A stretch of DNA of 64,000 bases from Candidatus Woesearchaeota archaeon (GTDB taxonomy: Archaea > Nanobdellota > Nanobdellia > Pacearchaeales > GW2011-AR1): NCBI GenBank assembly GCA_964613185.1, contig CAZTIP010000001.1, positions 129,814 to 193,813 on the forward strand. Reading direction: 5' to 3'. The position numbers and the translations under genes were made by a program. The notes below the pieces were generated by a model. That model was not told where the DNA came from. It saw nothing but the letters and a program-made list of their open reading frames with translations, and did not search any database. Position 1 is the first letter of the stretch; each line of letters begins with the position of its first letter. This document shows, one piece after another, positions 10,044 to 19,400 of this stretch.

Positions 10044-11324
10044 TCAATTTCTTTCGACTTTTCCGCTAATTCTTTCAGTATATTTCTTTGAACTTTCCTT
10101 CAATTTTTCCTCAGGGTTTTTTTGAACAGTTTTTTTTGATTTTTTATAGATGATGTATCCGACAATTCCAATAACTACAAAAATAAGAAATCCAATTAAT
10201 CCCCTTGAACTCTTTCCAGAAGTAGAAGAATCTGTAGAATCGCAAGTTCCAACACAACAAAGTTTTCCATCACCACTAAATAAAGGGTCGTTAGAACATT
10301 TTTCAGAAGCACCACAAGTAGTTCCTCCAAGTTCAGAGCAACTTTCTCCAGAAATTTTAACATCATCAAGGTTACCTCCTTCAGGCAAAACAAAAAGATT
10401 TAAGGGGATTCTAAATGAACTTTCAACTCCATTTTGAAAATAACTAACTCTTAAATCTCCTTTAAAATACCCTAATTCTTCTGGAGAAAAAGTAATTGTT
10501 AAGTTAACAGAATCTCTCGAAACAAGAGTTTTAAAATCTTCAATCTCGACAAATTCTAAGTCAGAAGAAATTGTAAAATTCTCCATATTTGAATCTCCAA
10601 AATTAAATAATTCAATAATTTGATCTGTATCTTCTCCCAAAATAAGATTAGAAAGAATTTTAGACGGATTAGTTTTCAAATTTAAATCTTCCGGAATATA
10701 AAAAGAATCATTAGCCGGAAAATAAATTACCGGAACAGAAAATTTCTTGTAAGAAGAAATATTAAGGTACGAAAAAACTTCTGAAGGACTAAATTCAATT
10801 TCCTTAAAGTCTCCTGCAGGAATTCCTAATTCCAAATCAGAATAACTAACATTTAAAGGCCTATCTCCAAGATTGGATAATTTTATAGAGGGTACTTCCA
10901 GAGAAAAGATATATCCTGGCTTTATAGACAAAACTTCGGAATAAGTTTCATTAGTATCTTCATCAAACAAAAGATTTCTAGAAATATTAATTTCTTCCAA
11001 AATTTCACCTGATTTCAAACCATCTGAATCCCTATAAAGAATTTCTGAAATTTCAAGAGTGAAATTTCCTTCACGAGAAGAATAGGCATAAAAATAATGA
11101 ACTCCCTCATAAAAGAGTAAATCAAATTCAAAAAAAACTTCTTTACGTCCCTCAAAAAACTTAACATCAGATTTAGAAATTTCCTGTAAAATTTCTCCAG
11201 AAGTTTCAATTGTAGCAAAAATTGTTTCTCCAACAGAGGTAGCGTTGTGTTGGAAATTAATCTCTACAGAGGCAGACGCTAAAGAAATAAAAAAAATCGA
11301 AATAAAAAGTATTGGCCACCTCAT
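10044..11324 (-). CDS. Secreted protein with juxtamembrane cysteine-knot module, TM anchor and Lys-rich cytoplasmic tail
   Basis: Signal MRWPILFISIFFISLASA. CSELGGTTCGASEKCSNDPLFSGDGKLCCVGTC lies just before LIGFLIFVVIGIVGYIIY-KKSKK. Confidence 0.6.
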   Translation of the reverse strand: MRWPILFISIFFISLASASVEINFQHNATSVGETIFATIETSGEILQEISKSDVKFFEGRKEVFFEFDLLFYEGVHYFYAYSSREGNFTLEISEILYRDSDGLKSGEILEEINISRNLLFDEDTNETYSEVLSIKPGYIFSLEVPSIKLSNLGDRPLNVSYSDLELGIPAGDFKEIEFSPSEVFSYLNISSYKKFSVPVIYFPANDSFYIPEDLNLKTNPSKILSNLILGEDTDQIIELFNFGDSNMENFTISSDLEFVEIEDFKTLVSRDSVNLTITFSPEELGYFKGDLRVSYFQNGVESSFRIPLNLFVLPEGGNLDDVKISGESCSELGGTTCGASEKCSNDPLFSGDGKLCCVGTCDSTDSSTSGKSSRGLIGFLIFVVIGIVGYIIYKKSKKTVQKNPEEKLKESSKKYTERISGKVERN

Positions 11325-11355
11325 AGAAATAAGAGAAAAAACAGATTAATAAATC

Positions 11356-13176
11356 TTACCGAGACATACTTTTGAGTTTATCAAAAGTTCCTGGAAGAGA
11401 ATCTGGGTTTTGAGAAGGTTTTTTCATGGGAGTTCTTGTATTGGGAACCCTTCTTATCGGGGGAAATCCGGGCTTTGGAGGGATTCCAGGACCACCTCCC
11501 TGAATAGAAGAATTTCCTCCCTTATCCTTTTTAAATTTAGACTTAATTTTAAACCATTCAATTTTTAATTTATCTCGAAGAATCCATCCAAGAATTCCCA
11601 TAACAATTAAAATTAAGATTGTGATTATCCAAACAGTTCCCAACCCAGCGTCTTCAGAAGATTTAGTTTTACAACAAATTTGAGAAGAACCAGTATCACA
11701 ACTATAGCCTATAGATTCTTCTTCATCTGAACAAGAACTTTTACAGCTATAAAGGTTAGATTCGCACTCATTTGTATCTTCAGGGACTTCACAATTTCCT
11801 GTACAACAGGCAGGTGAATCTGAAGAATCCCTTTCATTTCCAATACAAACTTCATCTCCTGAACAAACTTCTCCTAAATATTCTGAACAAGATTTTAAGT
11901 TTTCAGTTTCACAACAAGTTGTAGAAATAGAAGAACAATAATAATTATCTAATCTTTCTCCTGAGGGGCAATCAGAACGTGGAATGCAAAAGAAACCGCC
12001 AGAAGAGCAAGTGGTTGTTCCTCCACTAGAAGATCTTCCCTGTCTAGTCGTCAAGGCCCATAAAACCATTGCAGTATCTCTGATAGAATCTTGCCAACAT
12101 CCGCTAGTTGGTTGAGAAAACAATAACCAATCCTTAGAATCCTTAATTTGGCTAGCAGAAGAACCTTCTAAACTAATCAGTGCAAGGGCAGTATCATAAA
12201 ATTTATTATAGGCACTATTTTCTGCCTCCCAGTAATTTCCAAGTCTACGATCTTCCATTAATTGTGCTGCGTAATCTTGATAATTAGTAATCATATAAAT
12301 AAATGCATCCGGAAGGTACCTCTTCTGAGTTTCAGAGAGTGCCATTAAATAAGGAACATATTCGCTAATATCATGTCTAGTTTTAAGTAAAGCAACTGTT
12401 GCCCAGGAAGTAGTTTCATAATCACAAGAAGAATCTCCAAAACATTTTGAAATAACATTAATTGAAACATCTTCAAAAGCAGGTGCATTTTGGGTTCCTT
12501 CAAGAACATGCATTACTGGAGAATTTTTATTTTTGTAAAGTAGAGAAACAGCAAAATCTGCATCACACTGAATTTTAAAATCCTTGTTATAACATGTTGA
12601 ATCAACTTCTAACCAAAAACTTGATTGTGAACGAGTTAAACAAGGTCCAGCGTCTTTATCAAATTTTTTATTTTCTCCAACAGAAACAACATAACTTTCA
12701 GAGTCATAACCTATATTACATGTGGATGGAGAATTAGAATCTTGTTGTAAATACCAAACTAAATCTTCAGGAGTTAATGCCTGGTCGATAATCCAAGCCT
12801 CTGAAGCCGAAGTATCTTTTCCTGCATGTTGGAGTGCAAGAATTGCTAAAGAAGTATCTTTAACATTTCCCCAATTATCGCCAGACTTTTGAGATTCCAA
12901 TTCTGAAACACAGGAATCAAAAACATTATCCGGAGTGGAAAGAATGGTATATGAAATTTCCTGAACTGTTAATCCGGAACAATCACCAACTTTATCTTCA
13001 AGACATTGAAAACCATTTTCTATTTTATCAGAATCCGAATCTCCCGAGTTTGAAGTTCCAGAATCATCATCGGAACTATTCGTATCATTATTAGTATGGT
13101 TTGTAGAAAGAACTCCGGGAGTAATTAGCAAAATTCCAAAAAACAACAAGAATACAAACACACCTATTTTTTTCAT
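11356..13176 (-). CDS. Secreted alpha/alpha-toroid-like (prenyltransferase/terpene-cyclase-type repeat) protein with triple cysteine-knot stalk, TM anchor and Pro/Gly-rich tail
   Basis: Signal MKKIGVFVFLLFFGILLITPG. Repeated helical-hairpin motifs DTSLAILALQHAG, TSWATVALLKT, DTALALISLEG, GCWQDSIRDTAMVLWAL. Three C..C..C....CC modules. TM VWIITILILIVMGILGWIL. Confidence 0.55.
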   Translation of the reverse strand: MKKIGVFVFLLFFGILLITPGVLSTNHTNNDTNSSDDDSGTSNSGDSDSDKIENGFQCLEDKVGDCSGLTVQEISYTILSTPDNVFDSCVSELESQKSGDNWGNVKDTSLAILALQHAGKDTSASEAWIIDQALTPEDLVWYLQQDSNSPSTCNIGYDSESYVVSVGENKKFDKDAGPCLTRSQSSFWLEVDSTCYNKDFKIQCDADFAVSLLYKNKNSPVMHVLEGTQNAPAFEDVSINVISKCFGDSSCDYETTSWATVALLKTRHDISEYVPYLMALSETQKRYLPDAFIYMITNYQDYAAQLMEDRRLGNYWEAENSAYNKFYDTALALISLEGSSASQIKDSKDWLLFSQPTSGCWQDSIRDTAMVLWALTTRQGRSSSGGTTTCSSGGFFCIPRSDCPSGERLDNYYCSSISTTCCETENLKSCSEYLGEVCSGDEVCIGNERDSSDSPACCTGNCEVPEDTNECESNLYSCKSSCSDEEESIGYSCDTGSSQICCKTKSSEDAGLGTVWIITILILIVMGILGWILRDKLKIEWFKIKSKFKKDKGGNSSIQGGGPGIPPKPGFPPIRRVPNTRTPMKKPSQNPDSLPGTFDKLKSMSR

Positions 13177-13217
13177 ACAATTTATAGAGTTTATTTATTT
13201 ATAAAAGTGTTGGTAAA

Positions 13218-14828
13218 TTAATAGTTAGATTTTATTTTCTTTTTTTCCGTTGACAGTTTTTCAAATTTTTTATTTCCAGAATTTTTAGCACGCATAGCCA
13301 TTTTAATTGTATAGTTAATTGGATTTTTTATTCCTTCGGCAGGAGGAGAGTAAATTCCAAATTCCTTGTAAATTGGTTTATCATAATTGGGGGGCATCCT
13401 TTTATTTTTAATATGCCAAAAAATTTGAGATTTAACATATCCAGTTTTTAAGGGGTGATAATTTTTAAGATTCCATTCTTCAATTTTTTCTTCTATAAAA
13501 TCTTGAGGAAATTCCAAGCTAGTAAAAAAAGATAGAATCAAAGAAAGTGCTCGTTTTCTCCCATCATCTTTTATCCCTTCAAGAAGTTTTTTTATAATTG
13601 GAGGATACATTTTTTCAGTAATTGTTAGGCCTTTCAAATCAAGAGAAGCCCCTTCATATTTTTTTGATTTTTCTTTAGGAACATTTTTTCGTCCCCAATC
13701 TAATGCTTCAAGAAGAAGTTCTTTCGCCTCTCCGGGAACACAATCTTTAATGAAGGGAAAAAAAGTTTTAATTTTAAACAAATCTGCATCTGCTGGTTTG
13801 AAATTTTCAATATCTTTCTTTTCAATAACGATTGATGAAAATGAAGTTTTTTCATGGAGTGAATAAGGTGCTCTAAATAAATGCCTGGAAGAAACCAAAA
13901 CAATATCTACCGAATCTTCAGTAGATTTAATTTTATCTTCAATTTTAAATTTAACTTCATCCTTTCTTTTAATGCCTCCGTAAGAACTCGTGCTAGCATC
14001 AATTTTTGCAGTATTAATTTTACACAAGTCGCAAAAATCAATTTTTCTTTCAGAGACTCTATCCATTTTTCCGTAACAATTAGAACAAACCATGGTCTTC
14101 CGATTAGATTTCATGCTCTCCAATTCCCCCTTACACCTAATCTTGTCTCTACAAATATATTTTCCAATAGTTTTTTTGTTAGTTGGATTATTGCATTGAG
14201 GGCAAAGACTTTCGGAAGATAATTCTCCAAGAGATTCCAATTCTTCACGATTACTTAATTTCAAAATTTCTTGATTCATAGGTTCACGAATTAAATGAAA
14301 TATATATCCTGCAATTAATCTCGGCCATTCAGGGAAATTATTTTTCGCTAATTCTCCAGAAACTTCTTCGGGAAATGCCTTAAATGGGACAATAATATGG
14401 AATCCCTTTCCTCCAGAAAATTTTATCCCATAATTTTTAACACCATGTCTTTCAAGTTCACCGATTAAAAGTCTAGCAGCAATCTTTGAATAATCAAAGT
14501 ATTTAGAATCAATATCTATTAAAAAATCCCATCCCATCCGAATTTCATTATATTGTTTAGGTGTCATATCAGTATTAATGTCTAAGGGATTTTCCCAAAT
14601 TTCTTCAGAACAATGGAATGAAGTAGCACCCTGCCTTGCAGAATTTACAATATCTGAAGAATAATCAAAACAATCCGGACGCTTAGCAAAAAACTCATTA
14701 TTAAAATTAGCAACAGTTTCACGATGTTTGCAAAATTCAAAAATCGCCTGTTGAACGTCTTTCCGAGCATAGTAAGAAAGTGCCAAAACTTGAACTTTGC
14801 TCAAAGATTTTTTTGGAGGATAAGCCAT
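13218..14828 (-). CDS. priS: Archaeo-eukaryotic DNA primase, single-chain PriS catalytic domain fused to a PriL-CTD-like helical domain
   Basis: AEP motifs FLIDIDSK (DxD), FSGGKGFHIIVP, SRHLFRAPYSLHEKT. Zn-ribbon insert CPQC...C..C / CSNC...CDLC. C-terminal YPPIIKKLLEGIKDDGRKRALSLILSFF resembles the PriL C-terminal domain motif. Confidence 0.8.
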   Translation of the reverse strand: MAYPPKKSLSKVQVLALSYYARKDVQQAIFEFCKHRETVANFNNEFFAKRPDCFDYSSDIVNSARQGATSFHCSEEIWENPLDINTDMTPKQYNEIRMGWDFLIDIDSKYFDYSKIAARLLIGELERHGVKNYGIKFSGGKGFHIIVPFKAFPEEVSGELAKNNFPEWPRLIAGYIFHLIREPMNQEILKLSNREELESLGELSSESLCPQCNNPTNKKTIGKYICRDKIRCKGELESMKSNRKTMVCSNCYGKMDRVSERKIDFCDLCKINTAKIDASTSSYGGIKRKDEVKFKIEDKIKSTEDSVDIVLVSSRHLFRAPYSLHEKTSFSSIVIEKKDIENFKPADADLFKIKTFFPFIKDCVPGEAKELLLEALDWGRKNVPKEKSKKYEGASLDLKGLTITEKMYPPIIKKLLEGIKDDGRKRALSLILSFFTSLEFPQDFIEEKIEEWNLKNYHPLKTGYVKSQIFWHIKNKRMPPNYDKPIYKEFGIYSPPAEGIKNPINYTIKMAMRAKNSGNKKFEKLSTEKKKIKSNY

Positions 14829-14912
14829 GGAAAAAAAAAGATTTTTTTCTTAATAAACTATTGTAAATTTGAACACAATAATCTTTAAATAAGAACTCAA
14901 ATTAATTAAAAG

Positions 14913-15635
14913 ATGATATTAAAATTAGATAATCCCAAATTATTGAGTGATGCTATTGGAGTAATTTCTGAAATAGTTAATGATGTTCGTATAAAATTAT
15001 TGGAAGACGGAATGAGTATTGTGGCGGTTGATCCCGCAAATGTTGCGTTAATAATTTTTAAATTTCCAAGGGAAAGTTTTTCACAATACGAGGCAGGGAA
15101 CGAAGTCTGGGGAGTAAATTTAGACGATTTAAAAAAGATATTAAAACGTGCTTCAAATTCCTCGAGTATAGTTTTTGAGCAAGAAGATAACAAATTAAAA
15201 ATAACCATCTTTGATAAGGTAAAACGAATTTTCACACTCTCCCTAATTGAAGTAGAATCGGAAGATAAAGATATTCCAGATTTAAATTTTGCGTGCAAGG
15301 TAGAAATGGACTCTGTGAGTTTTTCACAAGCAATAGAAGACACAATGATTGTTGCAGATTCTTGCGCACTGATGGCCGGAGAAGGTTTTTTTATGGTTGA
15401 AGGTAGCGGAAGTTTAAATTCGGCAAGGGCAGAGTTTTCAGGAGACGAAGTCAAAATCACAGGAATAGGAAAATCAAAATACTCTTTAGAATATTTAATG
15501 AAATTCATAAAAGCACAAAAAATCTCGGATAGAGTCGTAGTAAATTTTTCAGACGATTACCCTCTAAGATTAGATTTTCCAGGAGAAAAAATAGGGATTG
15601 GTTTTGTTCTCGCACCAAGGGTAGAAAATAATTAG
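14913..15635 (+). CDS. pcn: DNA polymerase sliding clamp PCNA
   Basis: 240 aa. N-terminus ...LLSDAIGVISEIVNDVRIKLLEDGMSIVAVDPANVALI is typical of archaeal PCNA. TATA-like CTTTAAATAA about 22 nt upstream. Confidence 0.9.
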   Translation: MILKLDNPKLLSDAIGVISEIVNDVRIKLLEDGMSIVAVDPANVALIIFKFPRESFSQYEAGNEVWGVNLDDLKKILKRASNSSSIVFEQEDNKLKITIFDKVKRIFTLSLIEVESEDKDIPDLNFACKVEMDSVSFSQAIEDTMIVADSCALMAGEGFFMVEGSGSLNSARAEFSGDEVKITGIGKSKYSLEYLMKFIKAQKISDRVVVNFSDDYPLRLDFPGEKIGIGFVLAPRVENN

Positions 15636-15665
15636 GAAATTTAAAAGATAATTTTTAAGATAGAA

Positions 15666-15673
15666 TTTATAAA
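15666..15673 (+). promoter_or_regulatory. TATA box TTTATAAA, 22 nt upstream of the ATG at 15695
   Basis: The promoter/leader (gaatttataaa...aaaataaatATG) is nearly the same as upstream of the paralog at 19753. Confidence 0.55.
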
Positions 15674-15694
15674 GTATTAGGCACTAAAATAAAT

Positions 15695-16435
15695 ATGAAA
15701 AAAAGAGGGCAGATAACAATTTTTATAATCGTAGGGATTGTGATTACTGTATCAATACTCTCAATAGTTTTTTTAAGAAGCGGAATAAGTTCACAAACTC
15801 CAAAAAATTTAGGACCACGGCAATTTATCCAAGGGTGTGTAGAAGAATTAGTGCAAGATTCTTTAGAAAAGATTCTTGCAGGCGGGGGAAAAATTTCGCC
15901 AGAATTAAAAATTCAATATATGGATGAAAATTACAATTACCTATGTTATCAGGAAGATCCTTATCTTGGATGTTATAATCTTTATTCAATGTTAGAAAAA
16001 AAAATAGAAGAAGAAATAGAAAATGACACAAAAGAACAAGTAGCCGAATGTTTTGGATTATTAGATGAAGATTTTTCAGAAAGAGGTTATTCTGTAAGTC
16101 AAGAGGATGAAGATTATTCAATTGATTTATTACCTGGAAAAATAAAAATAAATTTAAAAAAGAAAATAGATATTTCAAAAACAGGAGAGGCACAATCATT
16201 TGAAAACTTTGATAATCAAATTTTATCACCGCTTTATGAAATTGTAGAACTCACACGAAAAATAGTAAACGATGAATCAGCATATTGTAGCTTTGATTAT
16301 ATTTATCACATGTCTTTATATCCTCAAGAGAGTATAAGGAGAATAAGTTATGCAGGCAGTAAGCTATACTATATATTAGATAGAAATTCCGGAAAAGAAT
16401 TCAAATTCGCAATAAGAGGATGTGCACAAAATTAA
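15695..16435 (+). CDS. Class III signal peptide protein, 246 aa (cassette A partner of the cysteine-rich giant)
   Basis: MKKRG|QITIFIIVGIVITVSILSIVFL. Paralog of 19753..20496 (shared YLCY, FKFA-x-R). Confidence 0.6.
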   Translation: MKKRGQITIFIIVGIVITVSILSIVFLRSGISSQTPKNLGPRQFIQGCVEELVQDSLEKILAGGGKISPELKIQYMDENYNYLCYQEDPYLGCYNLYSMLEKKIEEEIENDTKEQVAECFGLLDEDFSERGYSVSQEDEDYSIDLLPGKIKINLKKKIDISKTGEAQSFENFDNQILSPLYEIVELTRKIVNDESAYCSFDYIYHMSLYPQESIRRISYAGSKLYYILDRNSGKEFKFAIRGCAQN

Positions 16436-19400
16436 AATGGAAAAAAAACTAGGAAAAAAATTTAACTTAATGTTCTTCGCTGTTTTGATATTCTCTTTTG
16501 GATATTTATTTTATGGAATCAGTTTAACCTCTGCAGAATCAACTGGATGCTGTGAGGTAGATTCAAACGGAGTTCAATGTTCTACGACTACAGAAAGCGA
16601 TTGTTCTTCCCAAAATTTTGCAGGAAACACACAATGTGAATCAACTTCATTTTGTCAAAGGGGATGTTGTTACGACGATTCAACAGGGGTTTATGACCAG
16701 AATGTTTTACAATCAAGTTGTAATTTGGATTGGAATAATGATCCAAATTGCAATTTACCAGGTGCAGCTGAAGGATGCTGTATTCTGGGGAGTTCAACAA
16801 TTTACGAAACTGGGGGCAGGTGTGCAATAGATTCTGTTCAAAGAGGTTACGAGGGGATTGACTGGAGATCTGATTTAAATGAGGCACAATGTGTGACATT
16901 TTCACAATCTCAAGATGAAGGTGCTTGTGTTTTAAATGGTGGAAATTGCAAATTCACAACGGGAGGAAATTGTGCAAGTTTGGGAGGGGATTTTTCACCA
17001 GATTATTTGTGCACTGCAGAAGAACTAGAAACTTCTTGTGAAAAAACAACAGAAACAACTTGCGTGGATGGAAAATACGGAGTTTATTTCACGGACACCT
17101 GCGGAAACATTGCAAATATTTATGATTCAAGTAAAACCTCTGATCAAACCTATTGGGAGACTGCAATCACTCAAGAAAATTCTTGCGGGGCAAACGATGA
17201 AGAAGGAAACGCAAACTCTCAAGATTGCGGGAACTGTAATTTACAGGCAGGAGGATTATGTAGTTCAGCAGAAGAAGATAATTTCAGTCCAGATGATGGA
17301 GACTATTATTGTAAAGAAGTTTCTTGCGAATTTGATGGAGATAATTATGAGAATGGAGAATCATGGTGTGTTTATGACGGAATAATTGGAAATAGCAATG
17401 ATGTTCCAGGTTCAAGACATTGGAGATATGTTTGTAATCAAGGAAAAGTTGAAATAGATCCCTGTGCAGATGCAAGAACTCAGATATGCTTACAATCAAA
17501 TACTGAAGAAAATGGGGGAACGATTTTCAGAAATGCGGCATGTTTAACAAATACAGGAGATAAGTGCTTAGAAATAAATTCCGAGACAAATAATCCAGAA
17601 AGATTAGAAGAATTGTGTAATGAAGAGGCAAATTGCAGAGTTAATTATGTAACAGTTACGGATGATTTTCAATTTAAAACCTGCATCCCAAGATTTCCTC
17701 AAGGATTTGACTTTAAAGATGAACAAGCTCAAGAAAATTCTGCAAACGCATGCAAACGTGCAAGTGCTACATGTGAAATTCAGCGAAGGAAGAATAATTT
17801 GGGAAGATGTAGAATAAGAAAAAATAGTGGTTGTTTAGATATAAAATTTGCAGAGGAGATGAATAATCTTTGCAGGGGTATGGGAGATTGTGGAGGGGAT
17901 ATAAATCTTAATAATGATTTTGTTTCAAATTATCAAACAAGACTTGTGCCAGGGTATGGAAGGACACCTCCAAGAATTAGTTCAGGGTATATCAATGATC
18001 TAGAAGATTTTGGGAGTCAAAATAATAATTTGGAAGGGATATTAATAATCTTAGAAAATTACCTAGATTATATGAGTATTTTAGGGGTTATAATTTATGA
18101 TCCAAGTTACAATGCAACAGCAGCAGAAAATACAAATCTTTTATTAATAGATCAATTATACAGTCAAGAAGGATACAATCATACTGTCTCAGTGGTTCCT
18201 CCAGAAATGGGATCTAGCGGACTTTTTAATTGGTTTGGAGGTTGCACCAATATGAAGTTAACCTATTCTTGTAAAGCATGGCAACCTCCGAGGGGTGGAG
18301 ATGCTTGCGATTTATGTAATGACGACCCATTAAAACCATGTTCAAAATACCGTTGTGAAAGTTACGGTGCAACTTGTGAATTAGCAAATATTGGGACTGG
18401 GGAAGAACTATGTTACGATGCAGGGGTTGATGACGCTAATCCTCCAATTCTAGCTCCTCAAATAGGTTACATCTCAGCAACAGAAAATTATTCAAATATC
18501 ACTGAAAACGGATTTAGCATAACTTCAACTGAAGGCGAGTGTTTAGAAGCTTATTCTCCAATCCATTTCGGAATAACTACTGACGAAGTATCTAATTGTA
18601 GATATGATTTTGAAATGCAAACTTTTGAAAATATGAGTTATGATATGGAAAACGGGCTAGCATCATATAACCACACTCCTCACCAAGTTCCATTCTATCT
18701 TCCAGATCCAAGTCACGGAGAAAGTCAGGGATTAAACTGGTCTGGAGAATTAGACCTATATGTGAAATGCCAAGATGGAAACGGAAATGAAAACCCTAAT
18801 TTCTACAAAGTTTCAATGTGTGTAAATCAAGGGCCGGATTTAACTCCTCCAATTATAATTGCAACATCTCCAGAAAATAATTCACGAATTAGTTTTGATT
18901 CCACTGCGGAAGAAGTAGAATTCATAACAACAGAACTTTCAACTTGTAAGTGGGCAGACAACGATACAGATTATTCATTAATGACAAATCAACTAGTTTG
19001 CGACGAAATCTTCAATGAACCTTCATCAACTCAAGGATATTCATGTAAAACAAATCTCACAATAACTGACACAAAAACCACAAAATACATTAGATGTGCA
19101 GACCAACCATGGTACGAAGAAACAAACGACTCATTAAGAAATTCAAACTCGCAAAGTTTCGTTTACACGTTAAATCAACCAAGCCAGAAAATTAAAATAG
19201 ATTCAATTTCGCCATCATCAGATTTCAAAACAGCAACAGATACAACCACCGTAAATTTAGAAGTTCAAACAATCGGCGGAGGAAACACACACACCTGTTC
19301 ATATTCATTCTCTGGATACGAAAGGATGGCTCCATTTTTTGAAACAGGTTTGGGGAATATTCACAACCAACCTTCACTAAATCTCTTCGCAAAAAAACAT

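Noticed and set aside
14906-15508. 200-aa ORF antisense to PCNA. Similar long antisense ORFs occur in ftsZ (38591..39064), deoA (48297..48740), lysS (7090..7461) and the S-layer gene (29869..30246).
   Set aside because: The opposite strand encodes proteins with clear family motifs. The antisense products are low-complexity with no motifs. Such ORFs are a typical by-product of codon bias.
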